Assembly: GCA_049699855.1 (NCBI GenBank)
Contig: JBNAWM010000052.1
Coordinates: forward strand, 1 to 10,612
Length of the DNA: 10,612 nt
Source of the DNA: Candidatus Cryosericum sp.
Lineage (GTDB): Bacteria; Caldisericota; Caldisericia; Cryosericales; Cryosericaceae
Reading direction: 5' to 3'
The notes below the pieces were generated by a model. That model made no database searches. It worked only from the letters and a program-made list of their open reading frames with translations, and was not told the origin of the DNA. Made by a program: the position numbers and the translations under genes. Below, one piece after another: positions 1-6,814 of the stretch; positions within the stretch are counted from its first letter, which is position 1, and each line of letters starts with the position of its first letter.

Positions 1-79
1 CACTCTTGGAACCCCCGAGCCTTTTTTGTTTAAGGCGAGGGGCGTCTCTGTCCCGAATCTGTAACACTCTCGAAGAAGG

Positions 80-652
80 TCAGGCGTTCCCCCTGCTGCC
101 GGGCTTCACCCACGGGATGCCCTGCTTGCACAGCGGGCATTCATCAGCTGGCCAGGTGTCGATGGTGAGGCGAATGGCGCTCCATACGGGATAGGGAATC
201 AGCTCTGCGCTGCGATTGACAATGCATGCGATGCCAACCACCTCGCCGCCTGCCTGCCGGATGACTTGGGCCGTTTCCTCGGAGGATTTGCCCGTTGTCA
301 CGACGTCCTCGCTGATGATGCAGCGGGTTCCCTCGGCAATGGCAAAGCCACGGCGCAGGGACATGACGCCATTCTCGCGTTCGACGAAGATCCCGGGCTT
401 GCCCAGCTGGCGCGCTAGCTCATACGAGACGATGATGCCCCCCATCGCCGGGCCCACGATGAGGTCGAAGGGGACAGGGCGGAACTGCTCCGCGGCAACC
501 GCAAGCACGCGGGCTGCACGGTCGGGGTATTGCAGCAGTCTCGCGCACTGCACGTAGCGGTCGCTGTGTCTGCCCGAGGAGAGCAGAAAGTGACCTTCGA
601 GCAGGGCACCGGTTTCCTTGAGTTCATTAAGTACCAGTTCATCGGTTGTCAT
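80..652 (-). CDS. pyrE: Orotate phosphoribosyltransferase (190 aa)
   Basis: [18 protein letters not shown]-terminal motif, GPAMGGI, PRPP-binding motif [12 protein letters not shown] and C-terminal CPLC..KPGSR. Start moved from 676 to the ATG at 652 because of the SD AGGAGG just upstream. Confidence 0.96.
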   Translation of the reverse strand: MTTDELVLNELKETGALLEGHFLLSSGRHSDRYVQCARLLQYPDRAARVLAVAAEQFRPVPFDLIVGPAMGGIIVSYELARQLGKPGIFVERENGVMSLRRGFAIAEGTRCIISEDVVTTGKSSEETAQVIRQAGGEVVGIACIVNRSAELIPYPVWSAIRLTIDTWPADECPLCKQGIPWVKPGSRGNA

Positions 653-668
653 GTCTTCCTCCTGAAGG

Positions 669-717
669 TGTAACATTTGGAACCGTCCCGAATGTTACAG
701 TCCCGAATGTTACAGTC
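669..717. repeat. Imperfect palindrome plus 15-bp tandem repeat (REP-like) at the pyrD/pyrE junction
   Basis: GTCCCGAATGTTACA occurs exactly twice (685-699, 700-714) followed by a partial GTC. TGTAACATTTGGAAC at 669-683 is a 13/15 inverted copy. Confidence 0.85.
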
Positions 718-1588
718 GCGTGAGCGGTCCGGTCGCGCAGTAGCGGTCGAGGCCGTCCACGATGTCCAGCATGGCGGTCGGCTTCATAAAAGTTGCCGTT
801 CCGACCTGTACGGCGGTGGCGCCTGCCATGAGGAACTCCACGGCATCCTGCCACGTCGTGATGCCGCCGATGCCCACCACCGGGATGTGAACGGCGTGCG
901 CCACCTCCCAGACCATGCGGAGGGCGATGGGCTTGATGCACGGACCGGACAGGCCGGCGGTCACGTTGTCAAAGACGGGCTTGCGGGCGTGGATGTCGAT
1001 GGCCAGCGCATTGAAGGTGTTGACCAGGGACACGGCATCAGCCCCGGCCCTTTCGCAGGCGAGGGCCATTTCGGTGATGTTCTCGGCGTTGGGCGAGAGC
1101 TTGACCATAAAGGGCTTGGTGCATACGCTGCGGACTGCCGCGACGACGCCCGCCGCCACATCGGCCTTGATGCCAAAGGCCATGCCTCCTTCGTGTACAT
1201 TGGGACAGCTGATGTTGAGTTCGATGATGTCGATGCCCTCGGCCTGGGAGAGGAGGCGAACGCCCTCGACATATTCCTCCAGGTCGCCGCCGCCCACGTT
1301 GGCAATGATGGCCGTCCCCAGCGTGCGCATGCGCGGCAGTTCATGTTCGAGAAAGTCGGGGATGCCCGGGTTCTGCAGGCCGATGGAGTTCATCAGTCCG
1401 GCAGGCGTCTCCCACACGCGCATGCCAGGGTTGCCCTGGCGTGGGTGCAGGGTCAGCCCTTTGGTGCAGATGGCGCCGAGATGGCCGACATCGAAGAACT
1501 GCCCATACTCGGCACCAAAGCCGAAGGTGCCGGAGGCTGCGATGACGGGATTCTTCAGGGTGATGCCGCACAGCGTGGTTTCAAGCAT
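710..1588 (-). CDS. pyrD: Dihydroorotate dehydrogenase B (NAD+), catalytic subunit (family 1B, 292 aa)
   Basis: NPVIAASGTFG, TKG, NSIGLQNPG, catalytic-loop NISCPN, VKLSPN, GLSGPCIKP and GIGGI motifs. SD GGAGGTG upstream. Overlaps the pyrK stop. Confidence 0.97.
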   Translation of the reverse strand: MLETTLCGITLKNPVIAASGTFGFGAEYGQFFDVGHLGAICTKGLTLHPRQGNPGMRVWETPAGLMNSIGLQNPGIPDFLEHELPRMRTLGTAIIANVGGGDLEEYVEGVRLLSQAEGIDIIELNISCPNVHEGGMAFGIKADVAAGVVAAVRSVCTKPFMVKLSPNAENITEMALACERAGADAVSLVNTFNALAIDIHARKPVFDNVTAGLSGPCIKPIALRMVWEVAHAVHIPVVGIGGITTWQDAVEFLMAGATAVQVGTATFMKPTAMLDIVDGLDRYCATGPLTRL

Positions 1589-2333
1589 GCCAGATCACCT
1601 CCGTTGCATCAAACACGGGGCCATCGGCACAGACGCGCTTGTAGCCAGAGGTGGTTGCGAAGGAACATCCCAGACAGGCGCCGACGCCGCAGGCCATATG
1701 AGCTTCGAGGGAGGCCTGGCAGGGAACGCCGGCCTGTGCGCACAGTTCCGCCACGCGCGCCATCATGGGGGTCGGACCGCAGGTTACCACAGCGTCGTAA
1801 AGAGTGGGGTCAAAGATGTCTGTGCAGAATCCCTTTGTGCCCGCGCATCCGTCTTCCGTGGCCACGCGGACGTCTGCTCCGAGAGTCAGAAGTTCGGCTA
1901 TGGCGTAGGGAGTGCTCTTGAAGCCCGCGAAGATCGTGACGTTCTCCGGGGGCAGGCTCGCGGCCAGATAGTAGATGGGAGCGATACCAATGCCTCCGGT
2001 GACGATGCCGATCCTGCCCTGCAGTTTGGTGGTATCGAAGCCGTTGCCCAGCGGTCCGGTGAGGTCGACCGTGTCCCCCCGTTCCAGACGTGCCAGCAGT
2101 TCTGTCCCTCTGCCCCGGACCTGGTACAGCAGGGTCAGGGTTTCCTGATCCACATCATGGACGCTGATGGGGCGCGCCAGAAGGGGCTCGCGCTCCCACG
2201 CCCGCACCATGTAAAACTGCCCGGGACTGCCGCCGCTTAAGGTCTCGAGCGTCAGCCGGTAGACATCATTAGTGAGACGGTCCTGTGCCAGCACGAGTAC
2301 TTCCTTGACGTAGGAGGGGGGTGGGGTGGTCAT
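1581..2333 (-). CDS. pyrK: Dihydroorotate dehydrogenase electron transfer subunit (FAD, 2Fe-2S)
   Basis: PGQF, RPIS flavin motif, GPLGNGF, GGIGIAP, CGPTPMM and the 2Fe-2S motif MACGVGACLGC...VCADGPVF. ATGA overlap with pyrF. Confidence 0.96.
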   Translation of the reverse strand: MTTPPPSYVKEVLVLAQDRLTNDVYRLTLETLSGGSPGQFYMVRAWEREPLLARPISVHDVDQETLTLLYQVRGRGTELLARLERGDTVDLTGPLGNGFDTTKLQGRIGIVTGGIGIAPIYYLAASLPPENVTIFAGFKSTPYAIAELLTLGADVRVATEDGCAGTKGFCTDIFDPTLYDAVVTCGPTPMMARVAELCAQAGVPCQASLEAHMACGVGACLGCSFATTSGYKRVCADGPVFDATEVIWHA

Positions 2334-3205
2334 GTCTCCAGTTCCCTCACCGCGGCACCGATCTCATCTCTCATATGTTCTGCCTCGGCCCGTGCATACT
2401 CGTCGAAGTGAGCCGGATCGCCTGCCTGTTTCTGCCATGCCAGCAGGATGCCGCGGCTGGAGTTGACGATGCCGCCGTTGCCATACTCAAGGTACAGCGC
2501 GACGTCGGCGGCCGTCCCTCCCTGGGCGCCGTAGCCGGGGACAAGGAAGAAAACAGTGGCAAGCTGCTGGCGCAGGGCCCGTGCCTCCTCCACATGGGTA
2601 CAGCCGACAACGCCCCCCACACTGCTGTAGCCATGGGAGCCGATGTACGGGGTTCCCAGCTCGGCGACGCGCCGGGCCACCTCGGTGTAGACGCGAGTGC
2701 CCGACTTCTGTTCAAGATACTGGATGTCCACAGCCCCCGGGTTGCTTGTGCGGATAAGGACAAAGAGACCCTTCTCATGGTTCTGCACCCAGGGCAGCCA
2801 GGGCTCGATGCTGTCCATGCCCATGTAGGGAGACAGGGTCACGTAGTCGGCTTCGAACTCGCCCTCGAAATGTGCTTTGCCATACATCCGGGCGGTCGCG
2901 GCGATGTCGCCTCGCTTGATGTCCGCGACAGCGATGCAGCCCTTGCTGCGGATGTACTGCAGTGTTTTGCTGTAGGCACGCAGTCCCTCCAGCCCCAGTG
3001 CCTCGTAGTAGGCGATTTGCAGTTTGAAGCAGGCTGCAGCCTCCATGGTGGCATCTACGATGCGCCTGTTGAACGCAAACAGGGCCTCGCCGGAGGTGGA
3101 GAAGCCAGCACGAAACTCCGCTGGCAGATAGTCCAGGGATGTGTCCAGCCCGACGCACACGGGACCGCGGAGAGCCACGGCATCAAATAGCTTGTCAACA
3201 ATCAT
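2330..3205 (-). CDS. pyrF: Orotidine-5'-phosphate decarboxylase (subfamily 2)
   Basis: VCVGLD, FKLQIAYYE, catalytic DIKRGDIAAT, RTSNPG, LVPGYGAQGG and VNSSRGI motifs. TGATG overlap with pyrC and SD GGAGGTG. Confidence 0.97.
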   Translation of the reverse strand: MIVDKLFDAVALRGPVCVGLDTSLDYLPAEFRAGFSTSGEALFAFNRRIVDATMEAAACFKLQIAYYEALGLEGLRAYSKTLQYIRSKGCIAVADIKRGDIAATARMYGKAHFEGEFEADYVTLSPYMGMDSIEPWLPWVQNHEKGLFVLIRTSNPGAVDIQYLEQKSGTRVYTEVARRVAELGTPYIGSHGYSSVGGVVGCTHVEEARALRQQLATVFFLVPGYGAQGGTAADVALYLEYGNGGIVNSSRGILLAWQKQAGDPAHFDEYARAEAEHMRDEIGAAVRELET

Positions 3206-4443
3206 CAGTGCACCTCCTGTGGAGCTGTCGGGTCACGGTACACCACGCGGCCGGCCTTGATGGTCGTCACAACGCGGCCGTACAGTGTGCGGCCCTCGAA
3301 CGGCGTGTTGCGCCCCTTGCTGGCAAATGTCCTGCTGTCCACGGTCCAGGGCGTCTCCAGGTCGACCAGCACCAGGTCGCCGTCCGATCCGGGTGAGATA
3401 CGGCCTTTGTTGAGGCCGAGGATGCGCGCCGGATTGCGGCTCATCAGCCGGACAAGGTGCGCCAGGCTGATGTAACCGCTCCGCACCAGCGTCGTGGTAC
3501 AGATGCCGAACGCGGTTTCCAGTCCCACCATGCCGGGGGCGCCGGCAGCCTTGTCTTCCGCCGTGTGGGGGGCATGGTCGGTGGCGATGGCATCGACCCA
3601 TCCCTGCTGAATGGCGCGTATCAGGAAGTCGATATCCTGCTGTGCCCGCAGTGGTGGATTCACGCGGAAACTCCCCGACGGAGAGCTGCTGTCGCCGGTC
3701 AGGGCAAGGTGATGGGGCGTGACCTCGCAGGTCACATCCTGGCCTGCCTCCTTGGCGGCGATGATGGCTCGCATGGAACCCTCGGTGCTGACGTGGGCGA
3801 TGTGCAGGCGGCAGCCGGCTGCGCGCGCCAGCTCGATGTTGCGCTGGGTCATCAGGTCTTCGGCCAGCCGGTAGTCGACGGGCGAAAGGTTCATGTCTTC
3901 ACAGTGGCACATGACCCTCAGGCCGAGACGGGCCGCAGCGGTCATCGCCTGCAGCATGACGCGCGCGTTCATGACGTCATGGCCATCGTCGCTGATGATG
4001 CGCACTGCGTTGCCCAGCTCTTCGAGGTGGCTGGTGGTCACGCCGTCCATGTCGCGCGTGATGGAGGCGCATTGATGCACATCGACCAGGCCAATCGCAG
4101 CAGCGCGGTCCAGGATGTCCCGCACCTGTTCTCTGGTGCTGACAACGGGCTTGGTGTTGGCCATGAGGTTGACGGCGGTGTAGCCGCCGCGCACGGCTGC
4201 GCGGCTGCCGCTTGTCAAGTCTTCCTTGGTTGTCTGACCGGGGTCCCTGAAGTGTGCGTGCAGGTCGCAGAAGGCAGGCAGACAGGTCAATCCGCTGGCA
4301 TTGATCACAGCGCCGGTGGATGGCAGGTCACTGCCCACGGCGGTGATGGTGCCATCCTTGACCAGCACGTCCATGACGCCATCTTGGGCACCGCCCACGA
4401 CGCGCGCCCCCCGGATGAGGAGCGATGAATGTTCAGGCATCAT
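3205..4443 (-). CDS. pyrC: Dihydroorotase (type I, multifunctional-complex type)
   Basis: Metal-binding DLHAHFRDPG, MANTKP, SDDG, HCED, HIAHVS, CEVTPHHL, VNPPLR, ATDHAPH and SKGRNTPF. Start may be 4443 or 4440 (tandem ATG); SD AGGAG upstream. Confidence 0.96.
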   Translation of the reverse strand: MMPEHSSLLIRGARVVGGAQDGVMDVLVKDGTITAVGSDLPSTGAVINASGLTCLPAFCDLHAHFRDPGQTTKEDLTSGSRAAVRGGYTAVNLMANTKPVVSTREQVRDILDRAAAIGLVDVHQCASITRDMDGVTTSHLEELGNAVRIISDDGHDVMNARVMLQAMTAAARLGLRVMCHCEDMNLSPVDYRLAEDLMTQRNIELARAAGCRLHIAHVSTEGSMRAIIAAKEAGQDVTCEVTPHHLALTGDSSSPSGSFRVNPPLRAQQDIDFLIRAIQQGWVDAIATDHAPHTAEDKAAGAPGMVGLETAFGICTTTLVRSGYISLAHLVRLMSRNPARILGLNKGRISPGSDGDLVLVDLETPWTVDSRTFASKGRNTPFEGRTLYGRVVTTIKAGRVVYRDPTAPQEVH

Positions 4444-4449
4444 GGCTCC

Positions 4450-4881
4450 TCAGTCCTTGCCGACGGTGTAGATCTCGTCGCAGTACTGACAGCGATACTC
4501 GCCGAGGTCGCGGTTCACCAGCGTAAACACCTGAGGGATGTACTTCTCCACCGACGTGATGCACCGGGGATTCTTGCAGGTGATGATGTTCTCGACGCGC
4601 TCGGGCAGCTGCGGTTTCACCTTGCGGATGATGTGCTCATCCTCGATGACGTTGATGGTAACGTTCGGGTCGATGAGCGCCAGCACGGTGATGTCGATGT
4701 CCACGTTGTTCTCGATCTTGATGATGTCCTTGCGGCCCATGCGTGTGCTGGCCGCGTTCATGATGAGGGCAACCGAGTAGCCTGCCTTGTCCAGGCCCAG
4801 CTGATAGAACATCCGGATGCCTAGGCCTGCACGGATGTGGTCGATGACAATGCCGTTCCTGATGCTTGTGATGGTTAGCAT
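4450..4881 (-). CDS. pyrI: Aspartate carbamoyltransferase regulatory chain
   Basis: [22 protein letters not shown] and zinc ligands CKNPRC ... CQYC; lies directly after pyrB. Confidence 0.96.
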   Translation of the reverse strand: MLTITSIRNGIVIDHIRAGLGIRMFYQLGLDKAGYSVALIMNAASTRMGRKDIIKIENNVDIDITVLALIDPNVTINVIEDEHIIRKVKPQLPERVENIITCKNPRCITSVEKYIPQVFTLVNRDLGEYRCQYCDEIYTVGKD

Positions 4882-4882
4882 A

Positions 4883-5839
4883 TCAGTCCGCCCCCAGAGT
4901 CTCTTGATCGGTAATTAATGGTGCCTTGCCCAGCAGCTTGGCGATCAGGGCCATGCGCACGTACATGCCAAATTTGGCTTGTTTGAAGTAGTAGGCGCGC
5001 GGATCGCTGTCCACTTCGTAGGCAATCTCACCGACGCGTGGCAGCGGGTGCATGACGATCATGTCGGCCCGCGCCAGTCTCATCTTCTCGGCGTTCAGGA
5101 TGTAGACGTCCTTGAGGCGGACATAGTCGTCCTCGTTGAAGAAGCGCTCCTTCTGAACGCGCGTCATGTAGAGGACATCGAGGTCGCCGATGACCTCGTC
5201 CAGGCGCTCGACTTCCCGGTACGCGATGCCCTTGGCGGCCAGGTCTGCGGTGACATAATCGGGGACACGCAGTTCCTTGGGCGCGATCAGGACAAACTTG
5301 TTGCCGGGGTATCGCGAGGCCGCCTTGATCAGGGAGTGCACGGTGCGGCCAAACTTGAGGTCGCCGCAGCAGCCGATGGTGAGACCGTTCAGTTTGTGCT
5401 TTGCTGAGCGGATGGTCAGCAGGTCGGTGAGCGTCTGGGTTGGGTGCAGATGGCCGCCGTCGCCTGCGTTGATGACAGGAACCGGTGAGTACTGGCTTGC
5501 GATGCGCGGCGCTCCTTCCTTGGGATGCCGCATGACGATGATGTCCGCGTAGCAGGCAACCGTGCGGACGGTGTCGGCGATGCTTTCGCCCTTGGCGACC
5601 GAACTGGAGGTGGGTTCCGAGAAGCCGACGACGCCTCCGCCGAGACGGAGCATGGCAGCCTCAAAGCTGAAGCGGGTGCGGGTGGAGGGTTCGTAGAAGA
5701 GGGTTGCGAGGATGGATGAGTCACAGAGGTGGTTGAATTGAGCGGGAGATTGAATGATCTGGTCAGCGAAGTCGAAAATCTCGTCGAGCTCCCCAGGACT
5801 GAAGTCCGTCGGGTCAAGCAGGTGCCTGCCTTTAAGCAT
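4883..5839 (-). CDS. pyrB: Aspartate carbamoyltransferase catalytic subunit (318 aa)
   Basis: [55 protein letters not shown] and MHPLPR motifs. Start moved from 5989 to the ATG at 5839 (MLKGRHLL) with SD GGGGG upstream. Confidence 0.97.
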   Translation of the reverse strand: MLKGRHLLDPTDFSPGELDEIFDFADQIIQSPAQFNHLCDSSILATLFYEPSTRTRFSFEAAMLRLGGGVVGFSEPTSSSVAKGESIADTVRTVACYADIIVMRHPKEGAPRIASQYSPVPVINAGDGGHLHPTQTLTDLLTIRSAKHKLNGLTIGCCGDLKFGRTVHSLIKAASRYPGNKFVLIAPKELRVPDYVTADLAAKGIAYREVERLDEVIGDLDVLYMTRVQKERFFNEDDYVRLKDVYILNAEKMRLARADMIVMHPLPRVGEIAYEVDSDPRAYYFKQAKFGMYVRMALIAKLLGKAPLITDQETLGAD

Positions 5840-5884
5840 GCTGTTCCCCCATTGTCTAGGTACCGGGGTACGTGACCCTTTGAA

Positions 5885-5912
5885 AGTATAGGAAGGAGAA
5901 GGGTTCGTGCAA
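5885..5912 (-). promoter_or_regulatory. Putative sigma70/sigmaA promoter of the pyr operon
   Basis: Minus strand reads TTGCAC-N16-TATACT, ending about 45 nt upstream of the pyrB ATG. Prediction from consensus similarity only. Confidence 0.55.
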
Positions 5913-6010
5913 GGGGCTGTCTTCACAGGTTGCCACCAATCCTGGAGTCCCCCTTTCAGTGCGAAGAGCAGCGCCGTGCGCGTCTTCATGCCACTGCCAC
6001 GCCGACGGAC

Positions 6011-6038
6011 TGGACTTGCCGGGAGGAATGACTATACT
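6011..6038 (+). promoter_or_regulatory. Putative sigma70/sigmaA promoter for the THF riboswitch-folT-folD unit
   Basis: TGGACT-N16-TATACT; the implied start near 6045 falls just before the first riboswitch helix at 6049. Confidence 0.55.
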
Positions 6039-6048
6039 CATGCGGCAA

Positions 6049-6172
6049 GGCAAAGTAGGAGTAAGCGCGTCAAGTGCCAGTCGGACGGGAAGTTGCCGCT
6101 GGACGAAGAATCCCCCTGCAGACCCAGGTTTGCGGGCGGAGATTCGCGGTGCTTATTCCGCATTCCGTTGCC
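6049..6172 (+). ncRNA. Tetrahydrofolate (THF-I) riboswitch aptamer
   Basis: Matches the THF family pattern AGUAG...GCGUCAAGUG...GGGA.G..G...ACGAAG...CGCGGUG...GCAU.CCG. P1 GGCAA/UUGCC (6049-6053/6168-6172), P2 GGAGUAAGC/GCUUAUUCC (6058-6066/6151-6159), P3 CCAGUCGG/CCGCUGG, pseudoknot CGGGA/UUCCG. Sits directly upstream of folT, the typical context. Confidence 0.93.
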
Positions 6173-6218
6173 ACAAAAGAGTCTTCTCTTTATGTGGCAG
6201 ACGCCAATAAAGGGAGGA
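6169..6218 (+). promoter_or_regulatory. Riboswitch expression platform: mutually exclusive anti-sequester and SD-sequester hairpins
   Basis: Hairpin A pairs 6169-6181 with 6186-6199 and uses the P1 3' strand. Hairpin B pairs 6182-6198 with 6203-6218 and buries the SD GGGAGG (6212-6217). No U-tract follows either. Confidence 0.8.
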
Positions 6219-6224
6219 TTTGTG

Positions 6225-6785
6225 ATGAAGAAGCAGCTTCTGCTCATCAAGTCATCGATGAATGAGTTGAAGAGTGTCTCAACCATCTCGGTTGCGGGCA
6301 TGCTGGTGGCGATTGGTGTTGCGCTGTCGTTTGTGAAAATCGTTCTTTCACCTGTGCTGGAAATCAGCTTCTCGTTCCTGCCGCTTGCCGCTGGAGGCCT
6401 GCTGTACGGACCGGTGGTTGGCGGGATCATGGGCATTCTCGGCGATGTCCTGGGCTACTTCGTCCGGCCCAATGGGCCCTTCTTCCCCGGATTCACCCTG
6501 AACGCTCTCATCTCGGGGGTCCTGTATGGCCTGTTTCTCTATAAGAAGCCGGTGACCTGGACGAGGGTGATTGTCGTCAGCGCGCTGATCACGGTCTTTA
6601 TCAATCTGGGGCTAAACTCACTCTGGCTGAGCATGATGTATGGAAAGGCATTCGTTGTTCTGCTGAGCGCGCGCATCCTCAAGAATGCCGTCATGTTTCC
6701 TATCAACACGGTTCTGCTGATGTTCTTGCTGAAATTCATTGAAAGGTTCAGGATTCGCGGACACGCAGGCACCCAGGGTGTGTGA
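6225..6785 (+). CDS. folT: Folate-family ECF transporter S component (186 aa)
   Basis: Hydrophobic protein with about 6 TM segments and ISFSFLPLA, LYGPVVGG, DVLGYF..P.GPFFPGFTL, LNSLWLSMMYG and RILKN motifs. SD GGGAGG 7 nt before the ATG at 6225; downstream of a THF riboswitch. Confidence 0.92.
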   Translation: MKKQLLLIKSSMNELKSVSTISVAGMLVAIGVALSFVKIVLSPVLEISFSFLPLAAGGLLYGPVVGGIMGILGDVLGYFVRPNGPFFPGFTLNALISGVLYGLFLYKKPVTWTRVIVVSALITVFINLGLNSLWLSMMYGKAFVVLLSARILKNAVMFPINTVLLMFLLKFIERFRIRGHAGTQGV

Positions 6786-6814
6786 GCCGCAACAGAAAGG
6801 GAGGCGGTGGAACG

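Noticed and set aside
12..42. Intrinsic terminator for the pyr operon
   Set aside because: The stem is interrupted, the T-run lies in the loop, and no U-tract follows on the minus strand; too weak to call.
669..717. CRISPR array or IS terminus interpretation of the repeat
   Set aside because: Only two adjacent 15-bp copies with no spacers, and no cas or transposase gene in the window.
677..4428. Long plus-strand ORFs (677-1921, 915-2240, 2321-3190, 3457-4428)
   Set aside because: Antisense shadows of well-conserved pyr genes, expected from GC-rich codon bias; no recognisable motifs or SD.
5840..5989. 50-aa N-terminal extension of PyrB in the ORF track
   Set aside because: Family similarity starts at MLKGRHLL (5839), which has an SD; the extension spans the predicted promoter.
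6003..6018. Minus-strand AAGUCCAGU resembling the start of a PyrR binding loop
   Set aside because: Lacks the following GAGGYU, has no terminator/antiterminator, and lies upstream of the predicted pyr promoter.
6169..6199. Rho-independent terminator after the riboswitch
   Set aside because: No U-tract, and the hairpin competes with P1, which fits an anti-sequester better.
5907..6224. 106-aa N-terminal extension of FolT, and small ORFs 5959-6210, 6038-6436 and 6074-6265
   Set aside because: They run through the promoter and THF riboswitch; the SD-supported start is 6225.
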